Shown: positions 26,857 through 35,538 of the stretch, one piece after another
Layout of the letters: each line of letters begins with the position of its first letter
Numbering within the stretch: position 1 is the stretch's first letter
Origin: an uncultured archaeon
GTDB lineage: Archaea; Altiarchaeota; Altiarchaeia; IMC4; QMZM01
Assembly (NCBI GenBank): GCA_964592095.1
Contig: CAZQER010000002.1
Span: 1 to 41,173, forward strand
Reading direction: 5' to 3'
Length of the DNA: 41,173 nucleotides
Position numbers and translations under genes: made by a program
The notes under the pieces: model-generated
What the model saw: the letters and a program-made list of their open reading frames with translations, nothing else
Database searches by the model: none
Told to the model about the DNA's origin: nothing

Positions 26857-28127
26857 GAATGCAGAAATATCAAACATTAGAAAATCCAAGATGTAGAATT
26901 CTTAAAGAGATGATGAAAATGAGACCTATGTCTAAGGAGATGTGTCTCGTTTGTAAGGGTGGTAGGCTTCTATGTGGACAAACCTTTTGTCCATTACTTA
27001 AGAGAATTGAGATTCAAAAGCCATCTCAAGAAAAACTCTCAGAAGTTATGTATGGAAAATCACCATCAATATTTGTTGGATGGCACTACTATCCAGAGGT
27101 TTATGTGGGGCCTATGATGGCATTGAATGATAATAAAGCAGAAACTATTGATGACCCTTCTAAGTGGTATGGAGCAAATTTTGATGAGATAATAAAGATG
27201 AGGTCGCTTCTTTTGAGGTCAAAGAAAAGAGAATTTGTGATGAATAAAGATGTCTTCATAGAGAGATCTCAAGAAATTGCCCTTTCATCGAAGCCCGTAT
27301 ATGTTGAAAATGAATTTAAAGGGGTTCCAAAATTTGGAATATCATTTTCGCCTATAACTCAACCATTGGGTCCATCAGGTATACTAAATAAATTCCATAT
27401 TACCGAAAATCCCAAGATACCAAAAATGGTTGATAAGATGGTTTCAGATGAATTAAGGTCCAAGGATGCTGTATTTCAACTTTATAGGCATGGTTATGAT
27501 GTCTATTATCTCACAAATGTTTTATCATCTGGTGCTTTGGGTATGATGGATAACAGAAAATTGGTTCCAACAAGATGGTCAATAACTGCTGTTGATGATA
27601 TCATATCAAAAGAAATGATGAAGGAGATAAGAAACTTTCCAAGTATTAATGATTTTCTAATTTATTCCAACAACTATTTGGATAATCATTTTGAGATACT
27701 CATGATTCCTGGAAAATGGGAGTTTGAGCAGTTCGAGGCATGGGCCCCAAGAACCCTATGGACATTATCATCAACAAGACCGGTTATAGTTGAGGAGAGT
27801 GAGCCATTTCATGGTAGAACAACATATGCAGAGAGAGAGGGTGGTGGCTATTATGCTGGAAGGTTTGCAGTTACTGAATTTCTTTACAAAATAAAAAGAC
27901 AGTGTAGGGTAATAATATTCAGGGAGATTTCTGAGGGTTATGTGATGCCTGTTGGGGTTTGGGAGGTTAGAGAAAATGTTAGGAATGCCCTAAGAAAAAG
28001 GCCTTTAAAATTTGATAATTTAAATGATGCATTATCTCATTTGGACAATAAATTGAGAATTCCAGTTAGAAATTATATATCAAAAAGTGAGATTTTAAAA
28101 CAACGAAGAATCACAGATTTTTTGTAA
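26853..28127 (+). CDS. Nre-family archaeal DNA repair protein (DUF650/DUF651)
   Basis: It has the N-terminal Cys motif CLVCKGGRLLCGQTFCPLL followed by SPSIFVGWHYYPEVYVGPM. The C-terminal TRWSITAVDD...GGGYYAGRFAV...GVWEVRENVR and the ~420-aa size are typical of Nre. Confidence 0.75.
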   Translation: MRMQKYQTLENPRCRILKEMMKMRPMSKEMCLVCKGGRLLCGQTFCPLLKRIEIQKPSQEKLSEVMYGKSPSIFVGWHYYPEVYVGPMMALNDNKAETIDDPSKWYGANFDEIIKMRSLLLRSKKREFVMNKDVFIERSQEIALSSKPVYVENEFKGVPKFGISFSPITQPLGPSGILNKFHITENPKIPKMVDKMVSDELRSKDAVFQLYRHGYDVYYLTNVLSSGALGMMDNRKLVPTRWSITAVDDIISKEMMKEIRNFPSINDFLIYSNNYLDNHFEILMIPGKWEFEQFEAWAPRTLWTLSSTRPVIVEESEPFHGRTTYAEREGGGYYAGRFAVTEFLYKIKRQCRVIIFREISEGYVMPVGVWEVRENVRNALRKRPLKFDNLNDALSHLDNKLRIPVRNYISKSEILKQRRITDFL

Positions 28128-28181
28128 GTATAAATATGATATAATATGATATAAATTAATAATTAAATTAAAATATTAAAA

Positions 28182-28919
28182 ATGGAAATAACTCGTGTTA
28201 AGACGGGTATAGATGGATTTGATGAACTGATTCAGGGAGGATTTCCAAAGGGGTCTTCTATAATGGTTTCTGGCGCTCCTGGAACTGGTAAATCCATCTT
28301 TGGTTTAGAGTATATATATAAAGGGGCAGAAAATGGTGAGAAGGGGGTTTATGTATCACTCCTGCAGAAGATTTCAGAACTTCTAAAACAATCAGGGGTA
28401 TTTGGTTGGGATTTTACCCAATTTCTGAGAGATAATACAGTAGAAATGCTGGAGGTGGATATGTTAGAGTTTGATCCATCAAAGATATTAAAGGAGATAA
28501 GGGATGGTAGGTATGAGAGGGTTGTGATAGATTCCATATCCAACATAATTTTCCATCCAGTATCGTGGAAGGATATAAAATTGACATATATAGCAATCAG
28601 GGAGATAGAGGATATGATTCCGGATCCAAAGAATCCAATAGTAGCCTCAAGAATAATAATGGAGAGATTTCTTACCGAGCTTAAAAAAATAGGTGCTACA
28701 TCTATTGTAATTTCAGAATCTGGAGAAGAAAGGGATTTTGATAGGGATATCATCCCAGAATCCCTTGTTGATGGTGTAATATATTTGAACTATAATCTGA
28801 TGGGTCCCACAACGGGTAGAAATCTCATCATTCAGAAGATGAGGTCTACAAAGCACAGCGAGGTTATACATCCTATAGAATTTATTGAAGGGGTCGGAAT
28901 CAGGGTAATGAAACCATGA
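28182..28919 (+). CDS. single-domain KaiC-like RecA-superfamily ATPase
   Basis: GIDGFDELIQGGFPKGSSIMVSGAPGTGKS contains the Walker A motif. RVVIDSIS is Walker B-like. The 245-aa size fits. Confidence 0.75.
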   Translation: MEITRVKTGIDGFDELIQGGFPKGSSIMVSGAPGTGKSIFGLEYIYKGAENGEKGVYVSLLQKISELLKQSGVFGWDFTQFLRDNTVEMLEVDMLEFDPSKILKEIRDGRYERVVIDSISNIIFHPVSWKDIKLTYIAIREIEDMIPDPKNPIVASRIIMERFLTELKKIGATSIVISESGEERDFDRDIIPESLVDGVIYLNYNLMGPTTGRNLIIQKMRSTKHSEVIHPIEFIEGVGIRVMKP

Positions 28920-28951
28920 TTTTTGATATCTATCTAATACTCATTTATTTG

Positions 28952-30127
28952 TTAGGATATGCTTGACATATTTGGATCTATTCCCCACCTCTCAATAAGA
29001 AATGTAAAAATGATTGGGACAAATATTGTTGAAAGTGCTGATGCCGATACTAAAGCACTAAATAAGTAATCCTGAATAATCTTATTTTCTAACAATAACT
29101 GTGCTACGACCAATCCTGTAGAAAATCTGACCGAAAGCCCTGTACCCAAAAGAATGGATTCCCTAAAATTTAGTCCTTTTAATCCTGCCACAATACTTGC
29201 AATTAATTTGGCTATAACACTAACAAAGAAAATGCTAAATGTCAAAATTGGTGATTTAAATATAATATCCAAATTTACAGACATACCAACCCATAGAAAG
29301 AATATTGGTGCAAATAGACCATAAACGACCAGTCTTAAACCCTCCTCAGTTCCTTTTAATGCACTCTTTGGTATGAAATTTTTAACACCAACACCTGCCA
29401 AAAGAGCACCAATTGCCTCAGATTCAGCATATTTCCCTATCAATAAAAAGAAGAAAAGGATAAATAATGAGAATATAAAAAGATGTTCTATATCTGGTGT
29501 TTTCATAATCTTTCTTTCTATTTTTCTGAACTTTATTATAGCAAATGTTAGGAATAAAAGAGTAGCCAACGATACTGTAACCATAAAGATATCAAAGCCT
29601 CTCTTGCTTATTCCGATAAAACTTGTTGCTAATAGGATGGTAAAAACCTCAAACATATCATCCATTGTACCTATGCCTATAATTATCGCCCCAAATCTTG
29701 TATTTATCATATTAAATTCATCTAATATTGGGAGAAGAACTGCCTCACCAACGGTGGCAAATGACAGAGCACAGATTACTGCGATAATCCAATCCACATT
29801 TCCAATAAAGTGAATGATAAAACTACCCAATGTGGCATCTACGAGAATTATGAAAAACATTGCAAAAAATATAAATCTCCCCAACTTGAAAATTTCTTTA
29901 AGTTCTAATTCAAAACCAATTATAAACAGGATAAATAACATTCCGATATTTGCCATAAACTCAAGTGTTTTTATATACCCGGCATTTAGAGGAGAGACAT
30001 TTATCAAAGTTAAAAATAAACCGAGAAATAGAGGTGCGAAAAGCCATGGAATCCTGATTTTTTCAAGGAGTATACCAATGCTTATAGATATAAGATAAAC
30101 TAATGTTAAAAGAAGAAATAGTTCCAT
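28952..30127 (-). CDS. cation:proton antiporter (CPA2 / Na+-H+ exchanger family)
   Basis: 391 aa with about 11-12 TM helices. The N-terminal IGILLEKIRIPWLFAPLFLGLFL and the overall pattern are typical of Kef/NapA-type exchangers without a KTN domain. Confidence 0.75.
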   Translation of the reverse strand: MELFLLLTLVYLISISIGILLEKIRIPWLFAPLFLGLFLTLINVSPLNAGYIKTLEFMANIGMLFILFIIGFELELKEIFKLGRFIFFAMFFIILVDATLGSFIIHFIGNVDWIIAVICALSFATVGEAVLLPILDEFNMINTRFGAIIIGIGTMDDMFEVFTILLATSFIGISKRGFDIFMVTVSLATLLFLTFAIIKFRKIERKIMKTPDIEHLFIFSLFILFFFLLIGKYAESEAIGALLAGVGVKNFIPKSALKGTEEGLRLVVYGLFAPIFFLWVGMSVNLDIIFKSPILTFSIFFVSVIAKLIASIVAGLKGLNFRESILLGTGLSVRFSTGLVVAQLLLENKIIQDYLFSALVSASALSTIFVPIIFTFLIERWGIDPNMSSIS

Positions 30128-30202
30128 ATTTATTTATTTATTATCTTATTATAAAATCTTTAATTCGAATGCCAATATTTTCTTTAAAAAGTAAATAAAT
30201 AT

Positions 30203-31099
30203 ATGCCAAAAAATGGAGAAAAATTGGACCTTGTGGTTTTTGGGGATACTGCAATAGACCATTTCTATGAAGTAGTTGATATACCGAAGATAAATGAGGC
30301 TGCAGATGTAATCTCATTTCGCAGTTTTTATGGGGGCATGGGTGCAAATACGGCTGTAGTTGCAAAATCCCTTGGTCTAAAAACAGCATTGATCTCTGTG
30401 ATAGGAACGGATGCTGAGGATTATAGAAACTACATGCAGAATCTGGGTATTGAACTTTATCTAAAGGGTATCTTTGGTGACACAACGAAATCCATGTTCT
30501 TTAAGGTTAATAAAAAGCAGATAAGTTTTTTCTACAAGGGTGTTACTGAAAAACTGAATGAATTGGATTTTGATACTGATATCATAAATTACTCAGAATG
30601 TATTTACATGGCAAGAACATATTTGGACCTACAGAAGAGGGTAGCGAAACGCTGCAGGAACAAATTTCTTGTATATAATCCTGGTTATGGTGTTTTCAAA
30701 TTTGATGAGATACCAAAGGAATTCTATCAGATATTGAGAAACTGTAATGTTCTGGTTTTAAATCATCATGAATTAGAGCATTTGAAGGAAATAGGATTTA
30801 AATTAGACTTCAAGTTGGGACCAAAGGTTTTTATAATCACTAAGGGAAAGAAGGGCTGTACGGTTTATTTTAAAGGTGCACAGATTCATGTTCCCGTATA
30901 TAAGACAAAGGTTGTTGACCCATCGGGAGCTGGGGATGCATTTAATGCGGGTTTTATTGCAGCACATTTGAGGGGTTATGATATATATGACTCAGTAAAA
31001 ATAGCAAATGCAACAGCATCATTTATAGTTGAAAAATGGGGCTGTCAGACCAATCTTCCTACGTGGAATGATGTAATAAACAGATATAATAAACTCTGA
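30203..31099 (+). CDS. PfkB-family (ribokinase-like) sugar or nucleoside kinase
   Basis: It has an N-terminal GDTAIDH-type beta strand, a GGMGANTAVV motif and the C-terminal PfkB signature DPSGAGDAFNAGF. Confidence 0.8.
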   Translation: MPKNGEKLDLVVFGDTAIDHFYEVVDIPKINEAADVISFRSFYGGMGANTAVVAKSLGLKTALISVIGTDAEDYRNYMQNLGIELYLKGIFGDTTKSMFFKVNKKQISFFYKGVTEKLNELDFDTDIINYSECIYMARTYLDLQKRVAKRCRNKFLVYNPGYGVFKFDEIPKEFYQILRNCNVLVLNHHELEHLKEIGFKLDFKLGPKVFIITKGKKGCTVYFKGAQIHVPVYKTKVVDPSGAGDAFNAGFIAAHLRGYDIYDSVKIANATASFIVEKWGCQTNLPTWNDVINRYNKL

Positions 31100-31110
31100 A
31101 AATTCATATT

Positions 31111-34038
31111 TTATTTGACATCACTCAATCTCTTTCTTCTCTCTAAGAGATTTTCCAATTCTACTTCAATATCAATAACTCTCTTTTCATACTCCTCCAC
31201 AAGATTTCTAAGTGTTGCCTCATCTATCTGTCTTTTATGATACTTAAATCTTGCTTTTGAAATCATTCTTTCAACCTTATCTCTCTCCATCTCTAATGCA
31301 GTAATCCTTTCTCTCTCCCTTCTCGAGAGTGTTGGTCTTAATCTCTTTCTTTCCTCCTTGATTACTTCTTTAATCCTCTCCTTCTCTTTATAAATCTCCT
31401 CAAATCTCTCTATATCCTCTAAAAGCTCTTTATATTCACCCTTTTCATCACTTTCTAATATCTGTTTTTTTGCCAATGAATACCATGGAGCAAGGGATGT
31501 TTTTACACTCTTGATTGCACTCATAAAGTCATGCATCATAATATTTCTCTTTTTTCCACCCTCCAGAGCCTCTCTCCAAGGTATCTCTGCAGCCCTGTCA
31601 CAAATCTCCTTTATATCTGCAGATGAATAACCCTCCGTTAATTTAGAAAGCCTTTCAAAATCAACACTTCTATCAATTGGCATATCCCTCGTATGAACCT
31701 TAAAGATTTCCAAGCGTGCCCTCTCATCTGGTCTTGACACCAGAATCTTTTTTGAGAATCTTCCTGCCCTTTTTATTGATGGGTCAAGTGTCCATGGAGA
31801 GTTTGTGGCCGCAAGGACCATCAATTTTTTGTTCTTTTTTGAGTTCTCCAATTCCTCCAGCAGGATATCAACAATTCTTCTTTCCATTCCTGTGATATCC
31901 AAATCTCTTCTTACTGCTATTGCATCTATTTCATCAAAAAACAGAATTGCAGGAGCATTTTTATTCGCTTTCTCAAATATCTCTCTAATGTTCTTTTCAG
32001 ACCTGCCTTCCTCACTTGATATGATATCTGTTATCTTAACATCAAAAAATGATACATTACATTCACCTACCGTAGCCTTTGCTATGTATGTCTTTCCACA
32101 CCCCGGAGGTCCGTAAAGAAGGATAGAGCCAGTTTCCTTTTTGAACTCCTTTGCCAAATCCTCCCTTATGAGAGGATATACAATATTCTTCCTTATCTCC
32201 TCCTTTACATCCTCAAGATTACCAACATCGGCAAATGTGATTTCCGGTTTTCTTATCTTGTCAATCCCACCCCCATATTTCAATATATACTCGGAAAAGT
32301 CTTTAAAAATATCTCTCTCTCCGCTTTCTCTTATTTCTTTTGCAGCTATCTTAAACCATGGTATTAGGGATGATTTCTGTTTACTCAGAGCATCCATGAA
32401 ATCCTTCGTTGTAATATTTCTCTTTTTTCCACCCTCCAGAGCCTCTCTCCAAGGTATCTCTGCAGCCCTGTCACAGATAACCTTTATATCTGATGATGAG
32501 TAACCCTCTGTTAACTCAGCCAATTTTCTAAAATCTATATCATCCGATACGGGAAGATTTCTTGTATGTATCTCAAAGAGTTTTATGCGTGTTTCAAAAT
32601 CAGGAGGTGGTATAAATATATGCTTTGTAAACCTTACCGATCTTCTCAATGCCGGGTCTATATTCCAGGGAACATTTGTTGCAGCCATTACCAGTACATC
32701 CTTATCCAAGCTATCAATTCCGTCCATCTCCATAAGAAACTGATCAATCTCCATCTTCTCTGCGTATGACCTTCCCTTAACTCTTCTTCCACCTATTGCA
32801 TCTAATTCATCGAAGAATATTATGGCGGGTGAATTCCTGTTTGCATCTACAAATACCTCATGAAGGCTTTTTGCACCCTCCTCAACACCCTTTGATATTA
32901 TATCACTTATGTTCACATTAAAGAATGTAACTCCACATTCACCTACCGTAGCCTTTGCTATGTATGTCTTTCCACACCCCGGAGGTCCGTAAAGAAGAAT
33001 GGCTCCTCCACCTCTCTTACCAAATTCCTTAGCAAGTTCTGGTTTTGTTAGGGGATATACAATATTCTTCCTTATCTCCTCCTTTACATCCTCAAGATTT
33101 GCAACATCATCGAAATTTATGGTTACCTCCTCCACAGGTACAGTTCCCTTTGAACCTATTGCTGTTCCAATTGCTATCGGTCTGAGAGGTTCACCCTTTT
33201 TAACCTTTACATCTACTATTCCTATACGGCATACTGGAAAGTGCATTTTTGGTTTTATCTCCATGTGCTCATCTACCCTCTTTCTTATGGTTTGTATATA
33301 TGGCAAGAATGTAACACCCTCTAACCCAACCCTTGCATCAAATAAAAGACTGAGAATATCACTAATCCTTTCAATAGAGTATTTAATCTTATCCCTCTCA
33401 TAGGATTCAAGAATTGTGTTTGTTTCCTGTAAAAATGATGATAAATCCCATCCAGGATCTCTAAATTTTGGAATGTTATAATTAATCTTTACCCTCTTCT
33501 TTACAAGGATTTCATCATCCTCGGGATTAAACTCACTCCACAATGTTGAAATTAACACCTTCCATCTTGGTTTAAATGTCTTTATTAATCCCGTAGTTTC
33601 TAAATCTAAAATTGCATCTCTATCCAATTCATCATAAAATATCCAATCGGTCCTCATCAATTTTCCAAGTGTTTTTATGGATATATCTGGTAAATCTATT
33701 ATTCTCTTTAGTATGTCATATCTATCTATTCTTACAGACTCCATAGGCAATCTATGGGGGAAATGATAGATATCCAATGATGTTAAATCAACATAAAAGA
33801 AATTATCTATAACCTTGTAGATTGTTTCAGTGGTTATAAAACCCTTGTGTTCTTCCTCTTGGCGAGATATCTTAAATCTCGCTAATGGTCTGTATGCTTT
33901 TTTAATCTCTATCTTTTCTCTACCGATTGCCCTTTTCAAAGCACCTATCGGAGATTCCTCTGTAGCCCTTAACTCGCAGATTTTCTCAGCACTTTCGGAC
34001 ACGGCAAATGATTTTGTCACTACCCTTTTAATTTTCAT
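31111..34038 (-). CDS. atypical tandem AAA+ ATPase: novel ~300-aa N-domain, two Vps4/meiotic-clade-like AAA modules and a charged coiled-coil tail
   Basis: There are two Walker A sites (LLYGPPGCGKTY, twice) and two Walker B sites (IIFFDELD, ILFFDEID). ATNVPWNIDPALRR and ATNSPWTLDPSIKR resemble Vps4/katanin-type rather than Cdc48-type second regions. The N-terminus has no Cdc48 double-psi barrel signature. The last ~110 aa are K/E/R-rich. Confidence 0.75.
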   Translation of the reverse strand: MKIKRVVTKSFAVSESAEKICELRATEESPIGALKRAIGREKIEIKKAYRPLARFKISRQEEEHKGFITTETIYKVIDNFFYVDLTSLDIYHFPHRLPMESVRIDRYDILKRIIDLPDISIKTLGKLMRTDWIFYDELDRDAILDLETTGLIKTFKPRWKVLISTLWSEFNPEDDEILVKKRVKINYNIPKFRDPGWDLSSFLQETNTILESYERDKIKYSIERISDILSLLFDARVGLEGVTFLPYIQTIRKRVDEHMEIKPKMHFPVCRIGIVDVKVKKGEPLRPIAIGTAIGSKGTVPVEEVTINFDDVANLEDVKEEIRKNIVYPLTKPELAKEFGKRGGGAILLYGPPGCGKTYIAKATVGECGVTFFNVNISDIISKGVEEGAKSLHEVFVDANRNSPAIIFFDELDAIGGRRVKGRSYAEKMEIDQFLMEMDGIDSLDKDVLVMAATNVPWNIDPALRRSVRFTKHIFIPPPDFETRIKLFEIHTRNLPVSDDIDFRKLAELTEGYSSSDIKVICDRAAEIPWREALEGGKKRNITTKDFMDALSKQKSSLIPWFKIAAKEIRESGERDIFKDFSEYILKYGGGIDKIRKPEITFADVGNLEDVKEEIRKNIVYPLIREDLAKEFKKETGSILLYGPPGCGKTYIAKATVGECNVSFFDVKITDIISSEEGRSEKNIREIFEKANKNAPAILFFDEIDAIAVRRDLDITGMERRIVDILLEELENSKKNKKLMVLAATNSPWTLDPSIKRAGRFSKKILVSRPDERARLEIFKVHTRDMPIDRSVDFERLSKLTEGYSSADIKEICDRAAEIPWREALEGGKKRNIMMHDFMSAIKSVKTSLAPWYSLAKKQILESDEKGEYKELLEDIERFEEIYKEKERIKEVIKEERKRLRPTLSRRERERITALEMERDKVERMISKARFKYHKRQIDEATLRNLVEEYEKRVIDIEVELENLLERRKRLSDVK
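31539..33099. repeat. three perfect intragenic repeat pairs between the two AAA modules
   Basis: Three pairs are exact by direct comparison. 31539-31602 equals 32412-32475 (64 nt). 32059-32121 equals 32935-32997 (63 nt). 32174-32220 equals 33053-33099 (47 nt). The offsets of 873, 876 and 879 nt are all in frame. Intervening DNA is clearly diverged. Confidence 0.9.
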
Positions 34039-34262
34039 TTCATTTAAATATTAGCCATTCATCACTTTTATAATTGGTTGTTTTTTAAGAGTATATCCTA
34101 TAAATTCCTATAGATTATAAATAATTGTTAGGTGTGGAAAACGACGGCAGTATAGGGGGGAAGAACTGAGGGAGTATGTAGAGATAATAAAGATACGGGA
34201 ATGGGTATGCTTATATCCCTATTTATCGGCCTTATAATATCTCCCATGAATAGAGGTTTAAA

Positions 34263-34709
34263 ATGGTTGAAGAAAAAATTGGAGCAGAGAGTAGTGAGGA
34301 ATTGATAGAAAAGGCTGAGGAAGAGTATGAGGTAAAAACTGAGGCAAAAACTAAGACTAAGACAGAAAGCGATGATAATCTTATGGCCGCGATAGCTCAT
34401 GCAGGAATAATCATTACAGTGATTGTTGCATTGATTATCTGGCTTATACAGAAGGATAAATCCAAATATGTTGAGTTCCAGGCGAAACAGGCTTTGGTCT
34501 ATCAGATAGTGGTCGCTGTTTTGGGCTTTGTTCTGAGCATTGTTATATTCATTTTGGGAATAGTGACACTTGGAATAGGATTTATTCTATACTTCCTGTT
34601 ACCGCTTTTAGGGTTAGCAGCAGTAATCTATGGCCTCTACGGCGCCTATGAATGCTATAATGGAAGGGATTTCAGATATATCTGGATTGGAGATATGCTG
34701 TCTAAATAA
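34263..34709 (+). CDS. DUF4870-like small membrane protein
   Basis: An acidic N-terminal tail is followed by AAIAHAGIII...IWLIQKDKSKYVEFQAKQALVYQ and 3-4 TM helices, as in the DUF4870 family. Confidence 0.55.
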   Translation: MVEEKIGAESSEELIEKAEEEYEVKTEAKTKTKTESDDNLMAAIAHAGIIITVIVALIIWLIQKDKSKYVEFQAKQALVYQIVVAVLGFVLSIVIFILGIVTLGIGFILYFLLPLLGLAAVIYGLYGAYECYNGRDFRYIWIGDMLSK

Positions 34710-34727
34710 TCTATTCTTTTTGATTTT

Positions 34728-35522
34728 TTATCTTTTAAGCAGTTTTATGCTTTGTATTTCACCTCCTCTGTCAGCTATGGAAGTAACAATGATGTTCAAT
34801 GCCTGATTAACTGCAACATTATCAAGACCAGTCACATCTATGAAGATATCCTCTGTGTCCTCACCTACTCTGGTAAGTTCTCCATTTATTATTGGTGGAA
34901 ATGACAAAACCCTGTTGTATTTATCAACTATTATTGGATATCTTTTCAATCCTGATAGAGTCCATTTATATTGAATTCCCTTTGGATGTCTCTCAAGAAT
35001 CTCTCTTAGATTTAATTCCTCTTTCATATCCAGTGGAACAAATCTTATATCATCTGGTTTTATGGCTTTGTATGTGAACGGTCCTTCTATTTTTTTCATA
35101 TCATGTATGCCTATAGCAACCTTCTTCCTGTTTCTTCCATGAGTAATATGAAGCTTTTCTTGAAGATTCATTAACGAAACCAATCTTTTTTCATTTAGTG
35201 AAAGATTTCTAATTACGGCACCAACTATATAAGGTCTAACATTATTGACAGATTCTTCTATGAGAATTTTAATTCCAGAATCAGTAATATTATATTCCTT
35301 GAATCCAGTCTCAATCTCAAGAAAGCCTTTCAATGCCCTTACAAATCCCTCCACTGAAAGCAGGTCTGGTCTGTTTGGGAATACCTCCATAACCAATCTC
35401 TCATTATCAATATCCTCTAAATCCACACCAAGCATTGATATCTTTTCTTCTATGTCATCTATTTTGTATTTATTTCCCAACAAATGATTAATCTCTCTAA
35501 GATCAAACTCAACCGTAGGCAT
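34728..35522 (-). CDS. pheT: phenylalanyl-tRNA synthetase beta subunit, N-terminal half (B1 plus B3/4 editing region) as a stand-alone gene
   Basis: MPTVEFDLREINHLLG...EVFPNRPDLLSVEGFVRALKGFLEIETG is the typical archaeal PheT N-terminus. The B3/4-like region is VRPYIVGAVIRN...KVAIGIHD...LSFPPIINGELT...IFIDVTG...ADRGGEI. A stop follows residue 264, where B5 would begin. The gene starts 16 nt after the radA stop. Confidence 0.85.
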   Translation of the reverse strand: MPTVEFDLREINHLLGNKYKIDDIEEKISMLGVDLEDIDNERLVMEVFPNRPDLLSVEGFVRALKGFLEIETGFKEYNITDSGIKILIEESVNNVRPYIVGAVIRNLSLNEKRLVSLMNLQEKLHITHGRNRKKVAIGIHDMKKIEGPFTYKAIKPDDIRFVPLDMKEELNLREILERHPKGIQYKWTLSGLKRYPIIVDKYNRVLSFPPIINGELTRVGEDTEDIFIDVTGLDNVAVNQALNIIVTSIADRGGEIQSIKLLKR

Positions 35523-35538
35523 TCTATCTTTATAATTT

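Noticed and set aside
29373-30098. Two plus-strand ORFs (146 and 94 aa)
   Set aside because: They are antisense to the CPA2 antiporter gene. The products are Ile/Asn/Lys-rich, as expected for the complement of TM-coding AT-rich DNA.
31805-33403. Several plus-strand ORFs of 103-134 aa inside the AAA+ gene
   Set aside because: They are antisense shadows. Their mutual similarity simply mirrors the intragenic repeats of the AAA+ gene.
34128-34262. Moderately GC-rich untranslated stretch upstream of the DUF4870-like gene, considered as a riboswitch or small RNA. The antisense ORF 34128-34400 was also examined.
   Set aside because: I could find only short (4-6 bp) complementary segments and no motif I recognise. 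It is most simply a 5' leader after a TATA-like box near 34100-34125. The antisense ORF looks spurious.
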